Shown: positions 27,221-38,449 of the stretch, in pieces
How the letters are laid out: each line of letters starts with the position of its first letter
Numbering within the stretch: the first letter of the stretch is position 1
NCBI GenBank assembly: GCA_963924565.1
Contig: OZ004608.1
Coordinates: 29,884,001-29,948,000, forward strand
From: Ascidiella aspersa
Taxonomy: Eukaryota
Length of the DNA stretch: 64,000 nucleotides
Reading direction: 5' to 3'
Position numbers and translations under genes: made by a program
The notes under the pieces: model-generated
What the model was told of the DNA's origin: nothing
The model's input: the letters and a program-made list of their open reading frames with translations, nothing else
The model's database searches: none

Positions 27221-28549
27221 TCCCTTTCGCAGCTGCCAACAGCGCCCGCGCCAGATTAGTTGCGTTGTCTCGGCGCATACCATGACTTGTGCGCGCAACA
27301 AACATGACTAGTTCGTTTTCTTTCTTGTGTTTGACTGATTGCCTTTGCCCGTCTGCCCCGACCAGGCTGCCCCCAGCCGTTCGTTTGTCACTTTGCAACT
27401 TTGCGTCAGTTGTTCAGGTTTTCAGTCCGCGTTAAGGTTAAACACTGAGCACGCGCCGCAAGTCTCGTGAAGAGCGATTGCGCTTCACGCGAGCCGAAAG
27501 ACTAGCTTTCCCGTCAGAATCTAATCCGAGAGGATTGCATTTAAGACTTCGAGGTTAGGGTTTCGCAACTGGCTTTGTAAGCGCTCTCGTTGCGAATGTG
27601 CGCGTTGCTCTCTTTTACTGCTGGTCGCGCAACTTGAAGTTTGTCGTGCGCATTTTGAGCTGAAACCTGTCGCCTACCAATGATACGGCGGTTTTCTTGT
27701 AAAAACCGTTAGAAATAACATTGACAACCGAGTACAAAGCGTATTCAAAGGCTTTAGATTTTTAGTTAAACAGGTGGCCTGTCGTTTTCAGTTGTGTCGT
27801 GCTTTTTTGGCAATTTCGAACAAACCTTACAATACGTGTCGCGGATTTTCACTTTCGGATTGCGGCCGTGTTTTTTTTTTCTATTTACAGACAAAAAAAA
27901 TGGTTTAGCACGTTTGTGACAGTTGCCTTGTTGTATATTTACTTTAAGCCTATACTTGTAACGTCTGGCAATTTTTAGCCGATTCGATCGAGTCAGAGGG
28001 CGATTTTATTGCGACTTGCGCCATTGTTGAGATTTTAATCCCAGTTTCAGTTTCCAGCTCGTGATTTCGCGTCTTATTTTCGACGTTTTTATTTCACCTT
28101 TCGCCAGTCAACATAAACGAGCAAAGTTTGACCGTTTCTAAAGCAAACATCGGTTTCGAAAGTGATCTCGTTTCGTTGCAGTTTTATATTAATACCACAG
28201 CAACCGTTAGCAAGCATGTGGTTGTTGCACCAAGAGTTGACCCCAACGCGGAGTTATTGTCCACGTTTGCGCTTTTTAGCTTGGCCACATGACCCGATTT
28301 GTTTTGCCGTAAAAATAACACGCTCCTGACGTGGTTGGCAGCTTGCTTCCATTTTGTTCGCATCGCTTTTATCTTCTGCAATAGCGAAAGTACGTGGATT
28401 TTCATTCTCTCAGCGCCGTAGCGATATACAAGGCTTGATTTCGGACAAAATCTCCTTCGTTTTTCTTTCGACCTAATTTTTGACCGTTTATAGGGCGAAA
28501 TTTTGGCTGTAGTTCCAAAAATTGTGGAGCGCCAATTTCCTGTGAAGGC

Positions 28550-28690
28550 CAGTGTAAACAAGTCACTTTGTAATAATCTAATTTAAAGTCAAATCATTTG
28601 CGAAAAAGTTGAGTCGTTTAAACCCTTAGTGAGTCTAGTCCCTGCAAGTCAATTGCCATTAAAACTCAAATCCAAGTCAGGTCGTTTGTA
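28550..28690 (+). mobile_element. Fragment of the AAGTC-repeat element
   Basis: cagtgtaaacaagtcactttg... resembles the left end of 34807-35299. Confidence 0.5.
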
Positions 28691-29429
28691 TCAAATCGTT
28701 ATATCGCGAACATTGTATTTTACAATACAAATATTAAAAACTAAACATAACGCTGAAATCTATTTCGCGTGTGTGAAATAGGTGAGTAAGACACTTTGTC
28801 GAACAGTTATTGAACAGTATTTTATCTTTTTTTTTTTATCTTTTCTTTTTTAGCTTGATAGACAGTCTTATATCACTACGATTTTAAGAAGACCGTTACG
28901 CTTTGCAAACAGTTTTCCCTATAGTATAAAATATTCCTCATCAGCTAAGGGTGTTTTGTCAACACTTAAAATTGCAATATTATTATTGCAATAGCTTTAA
29001 AAGTTGATGGCGCGGAAATAATTAATAATAATTTTGCCTCTTAGACCACACCTGGGCAAAATACGTCCCGCCAAACAATTTGGTATAACCCTTCAATTTT
29101 AAAATACCTAATGAAAAATGACACTTGCAGAGCAACCACGCTTTTTCCTAGTCTCATCAGATTTTCAGCTTTCCATAAAGAGAGTTACACTTCATATTTT
29201 GTGTATTTCAGATCCGATTTTGGATCCAAAATATTTTCCTATACTCGTGGGGCCTCTATTCTGTATTGCATTGATTAATTTTTTCTTTTCCCCGTAATAT
29301 TTTCTTTTTACACTTGCCTTATAGCTCTCAAAAGAAAATTAGGCAACCCAAGGGGCCGGTTTTATCAAATCACAAAACATTTGTCAGAATATCGGCATAC
29401 GCAAATCATCGGGATTTCTTAACACAGAT

Positions 29430-29449
29430 GTCATTCGTTTTTTCTGCAG
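29430..29449 (+). other. Candidate splice acceptor for the long NFI exon (exon start 29450)
   Basis: ttcgttttttctgcAG ending at 29449, about 105 nt upstream of ATG 29555. Confidence 0.55.
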
Positions 29450-29554
29450 AAACAGTGTATCATAAAACTATTGCAAAAAAAATACTTTTGTGTAAAACTT
29501 CCGTAAACCTCGACGGCAGCGCTGGTCTCGAGACGCCGAAGCTTGTGATATGTA

Positions 29555-31039
29555 ATGAGCGCAACAATTGGCCTGTGTCAGCAGCAGCACCTAGCAGCAG
29601 TCGGTCCGAGCCTGTCCAAGAGCTGCGCACACCAGTTCTATAGAGACGAAAGGCGCGCAAACGACAGTAGCAACAGCAGCAGCGGTAGCCAAGGCCAGGC
29701 TTCCGACTTCAGCAGTCCCATTCCCTTGGCGGGACCTGTGAGCATTATCGGAAGGCGCCATTCTTCGGCTGTTTTCCCGGCACGTTCAGTGCGCGCGCGC
29801 CAGACTGTACAGCAAGGCGATCTCATCTCGGATACGGCGACGACGCTGTCGCAACAATATCCTGCCGGACAGTGCCTCCGCACCTCCGACAGCGCTTGGC
29901 AATCGCCTTCAACAGCATCAGCAGTCGTAGGCTTCAACGGCAGCCACGAGCCAGTTCGGCGCAGCTACAGCGCTGGCACAGTGGAGGCCAGCGCCATTCT
30001 CTCGTCCAATGAGCTGCAGCACTCTGTAGGCGCAGCGGCGGGCAACCACCATCACCACCACCCTCAGCTGCACAGGTCGTGGAGCTTCAAGGACGACCCG
30101 TACACCGCTTTCCGCACGCGCGGTCACTGCGCCTCGGTCGACGAATCGGTGCTGACTGCTGCCGAGTTCCGCAGTCGCCTCTTTCAAGACGCTCACCCGC
30201 GTGCGCGCTCCGACTGCGCGCTGGACGAGGAGGAGGCCAACTCACAGCAGAACCAGCAGCTGCAGCAACAGAACCAGCAGCAGCAGGGCGTGTTTTTCGC
30301 GCAGCCGCGCAACCACAGCCAGTTCCTGCAGAGCTTCGTAGGTAACTTAGGCGCCGCCGCCGCGTCGGTTGGCGGCAGCAGCTCGGACAACTTTAACGCG
30401 GCGGTGGCGGCGGCCGCAGCGGCACAGCGCTACCCGCAGTTCCTACACAACCCGGCTGCTGCGTTCGTGCACGGCGCCGGGCAGTACGACGACAAGCAGT
30501 CGGGCCACGCAGGACAGAACAATATACAGCAGCGGTTTGCGGCGCGTGCCGACCCCTACGTAGCGCCCTTTCCTTACCCGCGGCACCGGCACCAGAGCGT
30601 CGGCGGCGCCGCGGCCCCTGGCATTTGTCCTTCCACCGCCCAAGCAATGCTCGCGTACGACGCGCCGCCTTACTCGTTCTGTTCCATCCAGGACGAGTTC
30701 CACCCGTTCATCGAAGCGCTGATGCCGCACGTGAAGAGTTTCGCCTACACGTGGTTCAACCTGCAGGCGCGCAAGCGCAAGTACTTCAAGAAGCACGAGC
30801 GACGCATGAGTCCTGCCGAGGAGCGCGCCGTAAAGGAGGAACTGCTGCGCGAGAAGCCCGAAGTGAAGCAGAAGTGGGCTTCCAGGCTGCTTGCCAAGCT
30901 GCGCAAGGACATCCGGCCCGAGTACCGTGAGGACTTTGTGCTCACCATCACTGGCAAGAAGGCGGTCTGCTGCATCCTGTCGAACCCCGACCAGAAGGGC
31001 AAGATACGACGCATCGACTGCCTGCGCCAGGCCGACAAG
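29555..31039 (+). CDS. NFI: Nuclear Factor I family transcription factor, large coding exon (379-aa low-complexity N-terminal extension plus first part of the DNA-binding domain)
   Basis: Translation contains the hallmark NFI sequence [40 protein letters not shown]...[32 protein letters not shown]...[24 protein letters not shown] starting at 30692. It ends at a phase-0 donor AAG|GTACGT (GT 31040). An in-frame TGA at 29546 bounds the ORF upstream. Third codon positions are GC-rich throughout. The conserved part (30692-31039) is certain; use of ATG 29555 is less so. Confidence 0.95.
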
Positions 31040-31172
31040 GTACGTAAATGTTTTTTTCGTTTTACAGATAAAACACATAAATCATCATTTTTTTTGTTCA
31101 ATTTTTACTATTGTTGATTTTTTCTACTGTTTTTAAGAAAAAAAGTTGCACTTGTTTTCTTTTATCGTCGGC

Positions 31173-31236
31173 AAATTAGGTTCACTAACTGATTGTGATA
31201 AAAGAAATTAGGTTAACTAACTGATTGTGATAAAAG
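31173..31236. repeat. 32-bp tandem duplication
   Basis: aaattaggtt(c/a)actaactgattgtgataaaag twice. Confidence 0.9.
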
Positions 31237-33329
31237 AGATGCAGCGAAAAACAGGGTTTCATTTTGAAAGGTTGCAGATCACGACAAAAAATGATTAAAA
31301 CACAACCAAGCGGCGAAATACTGGGAATACGAAAACTGAATTTGCATAGCGTAAACCTCAAAGAAAACAAACTACTATAGCCGATCTTTGAACCCTTTGC
31401 CCAAGAGATTACTCCACACGGAACGATCTCAATTGCTAAACATGTTGCTTATCTCTAAAGTCCAATTATCCATGTCGCACATGTTTTTCCAAGTATTGCC
31501 GTTTGTTGTTTTAACTTGTGCAATGGGAATAGGAAAAACAACAGCATCAATATTGCAACTGCTGGTTGTATTGGTTCAACAAAATCGTTTGTTACGTCAC
31601 ATAGCGGGCATTGATTCGGCAAGGTCACCGACACTGAACTCTTAGCGCTGTAAAAATAAACTTGGCCAGTTTGGACGATTCGAAACCGCATTTATCCGCT
31701 TAAACTTCATAGTTGCATAACCGCTCCTACCACTTTTACGTAACGCCGTATTGCGCAACGCCAATTAGCAAACGTATAAAAAGCAATATTGTTGTTTGAT
31801 ACCGTTAAAGTCCAATTCAAGTAATTTGTAAAAAAAATGCAATGAGCTGTTTGGTTATCATGACGTTTGTTACCAAACAGCAGAGTAATCTAGCTAGCTA
31901 AAGATAAAAAAACAACGTTAAAATACTGAAATTCATTCGATTTCTAGTTATAGTTATATTTTGTTCAGCAAACGTCTAAATCTATGCATGTTGCAAGCAA
32001 ACTGTTTCTACCATTTGCAAATTTAAGAAAAATATTCAGATTCCAAAAGATTTTTTCAATGAAACCCAATTCCAATTTGCATTAATAACCTAAATGCAAT
32101 TCAGATAAAAATTTGTCTGAATAAATTTAGGTGCATCCTGGTTGTGTTTTGACACTTTGACGTAATTAAAAGTTCGACTATTCAAAGTCCCAAACACACT
32201 GTTCACTATTAATTTAATCTTGGTAACATTAATAATGCATAAATTTACCGACGGATTGATTTACGCGCAAATATTCATTCTGCAGCGAACGAGTGTCAAT
32301 TCAAGGGGAAAAACACATCCTAATTCTCACATCTACAGTATTTAACCTTCTAAGTGCATCAGTTACCTACACACACACCTTATACCGTTCTATCCTGAAA
32401 AAGGCCATCTGAAATAAAGTAGCAATCGATATTATTATAAGTGATAGTTGTAACCTGTAGAATAAACACTATATGCATTTTAACTGTAGTTCTCAAACTT
32501 TTTTTCTCGTTAAGCCTGTGGAAATATTTGTTAAACTTTCGACGCACCCATCGATAGAAGTTTCACCAACCTATATATGTGTTTGTAACGGAAAACCGAA
32601 ATCAATCCGTGTAGTTTTTTCGTAACAATGATTTCGAAATTACGTATCAGAGGTCATTCATTTACAAGCATTTTATGACCCATTTTGATTTACACACGAA
32701 GCGTAATCATTGTGCGGCGCCCTTGAAAAAATAAAACGACGCACCAGGGCGCCGCGACCCACAGTTTGTAAACTTCTGCCTTATAGGATAAAAAAAACTA
32801 CAGCTAAAATCAAAATTGGGCCTGTTACTTTGCCGCTTACACGTAAACATAAGACATAACTCGATTGTAAGTATAGTTGAACCTTTTCTATATAGGTGTA
32901 ATATAACATAATGTTGAAAAACAACTAGTCGCATTCTTAAACCCTATTTTAAAAGAAAATCAGCACGAATTGTATAATAATTAGAATCCACAATTGGCTT
33001 TATGGCAAATGATATACGATACACAAATGTGTTAAAAACAGCGGTTTTATACTTTACAATATAGGTGCACCAAACGACTGAGTGATTTACAGCAAAGGGA
33101 ATCGATATACTAAAATCCCAAGCAGCGGTGTGTGTATAACGCCTATATTCGATTTTTAGGGGCCTTTAGCCTGTGTTCAGCGTTCCGGCTTGCGCACAAA
33201 CGTTCACGGCGGTTGGGTCGGCGCGTGCCTTGCCCAATTAATTGCGCAATTGTCGGCTACCGGCGGCGCAATTACGGGTATTAGGGCAGCTCTAAGCCCT
33301 ATAGCGGGACTGGGCAGATATTCGGGAAA

Positions 33330-34430
33330 TTGACGGCCTGAAAATTGGGCGAAAAACAAGTTTGCGGAAAGTTCCGTGCTTTTGATTGTGGCTGCGTTGA
33401 TCGGCAATCAAAATGTTGAAATGCGTTTAAAATGCCTGTTTCAAGTTCAAAAAGTGACTCTGCATGTTTTCGCCTGCTTTTGCCCGTTGTAAAATTGGGC
33501 GAAAAACAAATATTTTCTCGATGAATAGCTGCTTTATGTTGATGGGCAAACAAAATGTTTAAGTGAATTCACAGTGCCTTTTTAGGTAAAGAGAACGGCT
33601 ATATTACTGTTTATTGTGACAATTTAATTTTGATCGTGAATCAAAATGTTTGACATCGTTCAAACATCAGTTTTTGGCCATTTTTTCCTGTAATTTTCCC
33701 GCTTAAAATCGAGAAAATACAAAGTTTGTGATAATTGTTCTATATACCTCTACTTGCCAGCTGCGTACTATAATCGGCAGTGAAAATGTTAAAATGCGCT
33801 TAACTAAATAGCGCTACAAATTAACGTTTATGTCAGTTTTCGATTTTTTGCCCGTCTTCAAATCGAGAAAACAAGAAGCTTGTGGTAAACGTTTTATGCC
33901 TCAAATTGTGACCGAGAAGCGTTAATCATCAGTAAAGATGTTTGAAAGCGATCGAAAATGATACCTGATTTAAGGTACAAAAAGTCGTCTTGCGAGTTTT
34001 CGCCTGTAATTGCCCGCCGAATTGGGAAAACGAAATTTGCTCCGGTATTGTGGTCGCGTTAATCGCCGACCAAAATGTTTAAATGCGTTCAAAAATGCCG
34101 GTTTGGTGTACGAAGAGGGGTTTCGTTGATGTAAGCCGACTATTTAACGTCGGGAAATTAGGCTATAAATAGGCTTTGCGGTATTCGTTTGATTCGCTTT
34201 GCTTTTCAAGTGGGTCCGAGTTGCGATAATCAGCCAGCAAAAATCTTGACGGCGTTCAAAAATGCCGGATGTTTTGTGCTAATCGGGTTTACATTACTCG
34301 CCGAAAACTTAGGCGAACACAGAATTTGCGAGAGTCGTATTGGGTTTAATATCGGACTGCTTTGAGATAATCAGCATCATAAAGTTTTAAAAGCGTTAGA
34401 AGACGCCCGGTATGAATGCGTAATATTTTG
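33330..34430. repeat. Degenerate minisatellite, about 7 copies of a ~150-bp unit
   Basis: Recurring aaaattgggcgaaaaacaa-like and aaaatgtt.aaatgcgtt.aaaatgcc-like blocks at about 33341, 33491, 33704, 33859, 34020, 34155 and 34305. Confidence 0.75.
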
Positions 34431-34503
34431 CAGTGTATTGTCCGATTAGCCAAATATAAAACGTGTATTCTCACTGTTTCTAAATTACTTTCTTCTGTAT
34501 TTT

Positions 34504-35340
34504 GGGATTACCGATAATATCGGTGGCAATGTCTGATGCCAAGTGTATGTATCGGAACTCGTCCGAAACTAGGAATTCGTGCATTGCAGCCATATTTTGC
34601 ACACAAACGTTTTCTACTTTTAAAGCTACATTTCCGAAAACGAAATATTGAAATAAAGATAAATATGTTTGCTAACACAAGAGCAAATTTGGGTCTAATA
34701 CCCTGAAAATCATTACTAATTCCCTTTATTTCTTGATTAATTTTGCCACAATTTAACCACAATAATGGCGCCATTTGACATTGGATCGGACAGCGATACT
34801 TTTTACCAGTGTTGTAAACAAGTCATTTTGAAACGACTTAAGTCCCAGTCAAGTCATTTGATAAAAGATTTAAGTCCAAGTCAAGTATTTTGCAAAAAAA
34901 CCAAGTCAAGTCCCAGTCCAAGTCACCGGTTGCCTAAGTCAAGTCCCAGTCAAGTCATTATGAGAGCAAGTCAATTTCAAGTCATGTCATTAACATAAAA
35001 GTAAATTGTTAAACTGGTCCGATCATAAGCAACAATTTAACTAAAAAAACACACAAACGCAATATACAGCAATAAAAGTGTTTAATGTGTAAAACTTGAG
35101 ATAAATTCTAATAAAAACACTTAATTAAATCCCAAGTTATTTGACAAAATGACTTGAGTCCAAGTCAAGTCATTTGTCGAAACGACTTAAGTCTAGTCAA
35201 TTCATTTTGGTCAAGGGACTTACGTCAAGTCAATTCATTTGAAAACAGTGACTTAAGTGCACTTAAGTCAAGTCAATGACTTAAGTCATTACAACACTGC
35301 TTTTTACCAAAATATCCGGTATCGGTATCGGAATGAAATA
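34504..35340 (-). mobile_element. Older CCGATAC-family element interrupted by the 34807-35299 insertion
   Basis: gtatcggaactcgtccgaaactag and ggtatcggtatcggaat are reverse-complement matches to segments of 5134-5493 and lie on either side of the inner element. Confidence 0.65.
34807..35299. mobile_element. Non-autonomous hAT element with (C)AAGTC subterminal repeat arrays
   Basis: Perfect 11-bp TIRs cagtgttgtaa / ttacaacactg; perfect 8-bp TSD ctttttac (34799-34806, 35300-35307); many aagtc/gactt repeats. Confidence 0.92.
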
Positions 35341-35344
35341 TGTA

Positions 35345-35400
35345 TAAAAAAACTAAAAAAAAAAAAACTAAAAAAAAAAAACTAAATAAAAAAAACTAAA
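35345..35400. repeat. Poly-A-rich simple repeat (A)nCT
   Basis: aaaaaaactaaaaaaaaaaaaactaaaaaaaaaaaact... Confidence 0.9.
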
Positions 35401-38107
35401 CAGCTTAACAGCTAAAAAAATTCCGTTTTGTGCGCAAATAGTTTTTCCAGCATTTAGACCCCCAAACCGCCCAAAACAAATTGAACCAATTTAAATAATC
35501 GACGAAATACGAGTTAACGATAGTGTATCGTCAGCGTCAGTCTCCAAAGCGGATGATAATTCGTTTCCAAAATCATCAAATCCGCTTCGTCGCGCCTATA
35601 TTGTGACTATAGGGCGGCTCGATTACGCTACAGCGCGCACAGGTAAATAGATCGAGCAGCTACTTTATTGCGGTGACTTTTGGGAGCGGCATATCGATCC
35701 CCTGGAACGCTTTAAAACCGCCCGACTGAGCTGCCTTTAATTAGGCGCGCGTTTTAAATCAGTCGCACGCGGCGATTTCTTCGATGCAAAATCGTTAGCT
35801 TCCGCGCCATATTTTTCTTTATGTGCGAGCGTATATTCTGGTAGCCGCAAAATTTCCTGTGGGTCTTTTTGTTTTGCCCATTTCCTTGGAAATTAATTTC
35901 GACGCGTGTTTTATGTTGGCGATTCGTTTTTTTACTAAATGAGAAAGCTTTATTTGTTTAGATTGGCGATCTTTGGGCTTTTAGTCTTACACAACAATTT
36001 ATTAATCTAATTAAAAAAAATAAATAAAGCTTCCGGCAATTTTTTGGCATCCTGTACACCACAAGAGTTGAACACAATTCTGAAAAGAAAAGCGTTCACG
36101 GAAAAATAGTAAAATCGAGTATGACATGTATTTTATTCGTTCTTGCAAAAAAAAAATTCAAACATTTTTCTTGATAACACGACTCTCCAGATTGCCACAC
36201 AAAACACGGGATGTGTATGTGTTGCAACTTGTTGCTTTATAAGAAATCTGTCTTACATGATATGCCATTATCCTGATGAATACGTCTTGTATAGGACATC
36301 GAAACGTCGATTGGTTATATAATACTGCTGGATGAGCAACACTCGGTTAAAACATGGCAAGTTTATAATATAAGCCTTCTTTCCATATGTAAGAAGACCA
36401 ATTCGAACGAAAAGAGGTCGCCCTATAAAACAAAGCGCTCTAGAGACCTCCCAAGTCTTCACACTTGGCTAAATGCGAATCTCTTCCGACTCACCTGCAT
36501 TGGGAGTAATGGAGTGGGGCGGCGGCCGTCTGCCGTCAAGAACGTCACAATGCGGCGCCGTCGAAGCGCGAGACGACATTGTGACGCAAGGCATCGATCC
36601 CAACTCAAAGCCGGGGACCTTTTAGGTCGGGATCTTGCAAAGAAGTCAAGTCGTCCGCCCCCTCACCTTTTCGCGAAGAAGCGAGCAAAAACAAAATGCC
36701 CTTTGGTTCGACGTGAAGTTGGGCGGTTGGCATGTGGCAGGGGGGATGGGGGTAAGGGACCGCCGCTGCCACCGTCCGCCGCCATTACCTTTCCCTAATT
36801 AGTGTCAAACACCGTCGTGCGGGCATCAGACTCGTGCTTTGCCCCGGGGCCCGATGCCAGTGGAAGAGGGCCTATACAACATACAGGCTTTGCAGGCAGC
36901 GGACGGCGGGCCGTTTGCGCTCTATTATTCATGGCCCGCGTCCCGGCGACCGCCCCATTATACGACAGCGGAAATTAGGCGGCGCCGCGCCTTGAATGAT
37001 ATTGCGACGGCGACTATTCGCGCCGAAACTCGTCACTGCTGCGCCGCCCATTCCACGCCTGCCAGCGCGCCCCGACCGTCAAGCCCGGGGCCCCGGCGGC
37101 ACACCCCCGGGGACCGCCGTCCGGCCTGCCCGCCCGCCCGCCGCACCTATTGGGCCACCGCGCCGCTTCGCCCGTCGACCTTGACCGCTATTGTCACGCG
37201 AACGAAATTCTCTAAAAAAATCGTTTTCTCTGTATACCAATGCTTTCCAAACAGTTGAGTGCATACGACACCTATTACATTGAAATAAAATTTCACGCAA
37301 CACGTTAGGTTTTGCGGTTAAACTAAAGATTAATCGTGGTCGGCTGTTGAACACATTTGCTAAAGTGACGCGCAACACATTTGGGAATTGTGCTTTTTTA
37401 GTTTAGACAATTGCCGATCGAATGTCATAAAGAGTACAATACATTAGGTTGAAGTAACTGTAAATAGCAGTGTTGTAAAAATTTGTTGAAGATAGCGAAA
37501 AGGAATGTTGTCTTACAATTGTAATTTATTCAATAATAATTTCTAAACGGTCGAAAAAGTGGTCAAAATGTTAGTTTTCACCACGTACCAGAGTAAATTG
37601 CTCACCGGGCTGGACCTGACCCGCGGGCCGTATTTGCCCAGACTGCAACATATTGCAACAGCGCAGTCGGATTCCAGGTTTAACGGGGCTTTCCGCCTTT
37701 TAATCTCCGCCCTATACTGACTGAAAAGGAATATATTCCCGCGCTGTTTTGGGAATAGCGACCGTGAACGCTCGGCTGTACAGCTCGACTTCAGTCTGAC
37801 AGCCCGTTGGGTCACCTTGGAATTAGCAGTCGCGTGGAATTCACAAGACACGGGGTCGAGAAGGAGATGTCAAAAGGATGCCAGCGCGAAAAATATTACT
37901 TTTATTATTTTCGGCGGATTTCAATCGCAAGACGCCATGTACTGAAACAGGCGCGCAATTCCGGTTACGCGTGTTAAGGCTTTTGACGTTTCCACCGCCG
38001 CTGCGCTAAATTCGCTCGTACCCGTATCAATTCGGATTGTGGCAGTAATGTGTTGCGCTAAGCTAACCCCCCATTAACATACACATTAAACAGCTCATGT
38101 ATTAGAC

Positions 38108-38449
38108 TAGTGGTTCTCAACCTTTTTTCTTTCGTGGCCCATTTTCGTTGCACAAAAATGATGTGGCCCAATACATTTTTATGAAAGAACAAAATATAAA
38201 AAAGGAGAAAAAATAGTGGAGCATATATCAAAACAGATTATTTATTCAACCGTGCATTAGTGAGGTACTTGCTTCTGAACAATAAATTCACGTTGATTTA
38301 CATTCCTTCTCAATTTCCTTCCAAGCCATTATTCCTGTGAAATTAGGTATAGTGACACAAATGAAACTAAATTCTTCAATAAATCTAGCTTTTTTAAATT
38401 GGTCTGTGGTCCACCTAAAAATGTTTGGCCCCCTGGTTAAGAACCGCTG
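38108..38449. mobile_element. Non-autonomous hAT (Charlie/Buster-like) element
   Basis: TIRs tagtggttctcaacc / ggttaagaaccgctg; perfect 8-bp TSD tattagac. Confidence 0.88.

Noticed and set aside
30443-31078. 211-aa antisense ORF and other frames overlapping the NFI exon
   Set aside because: Shadow ORFs caused by GC-rich codon bias on the opposite strand; no recognisable protein.
31040-31117. C-terminal tail of the 520-aa ORF (VRKCFFRF...)
   Set aside because: Read-through into intron: composition drops abruptly to AT-rich and NFI homology resumes at 48243.
34807-35299. CRISPR-like or iteron-like appearance of the AAGTC repeats
   Set aside because: No constant repeat-spacer structure and no cas genes; TIRs plus an 8-bp TSD identify a hAT element in a eukaryotic intron.
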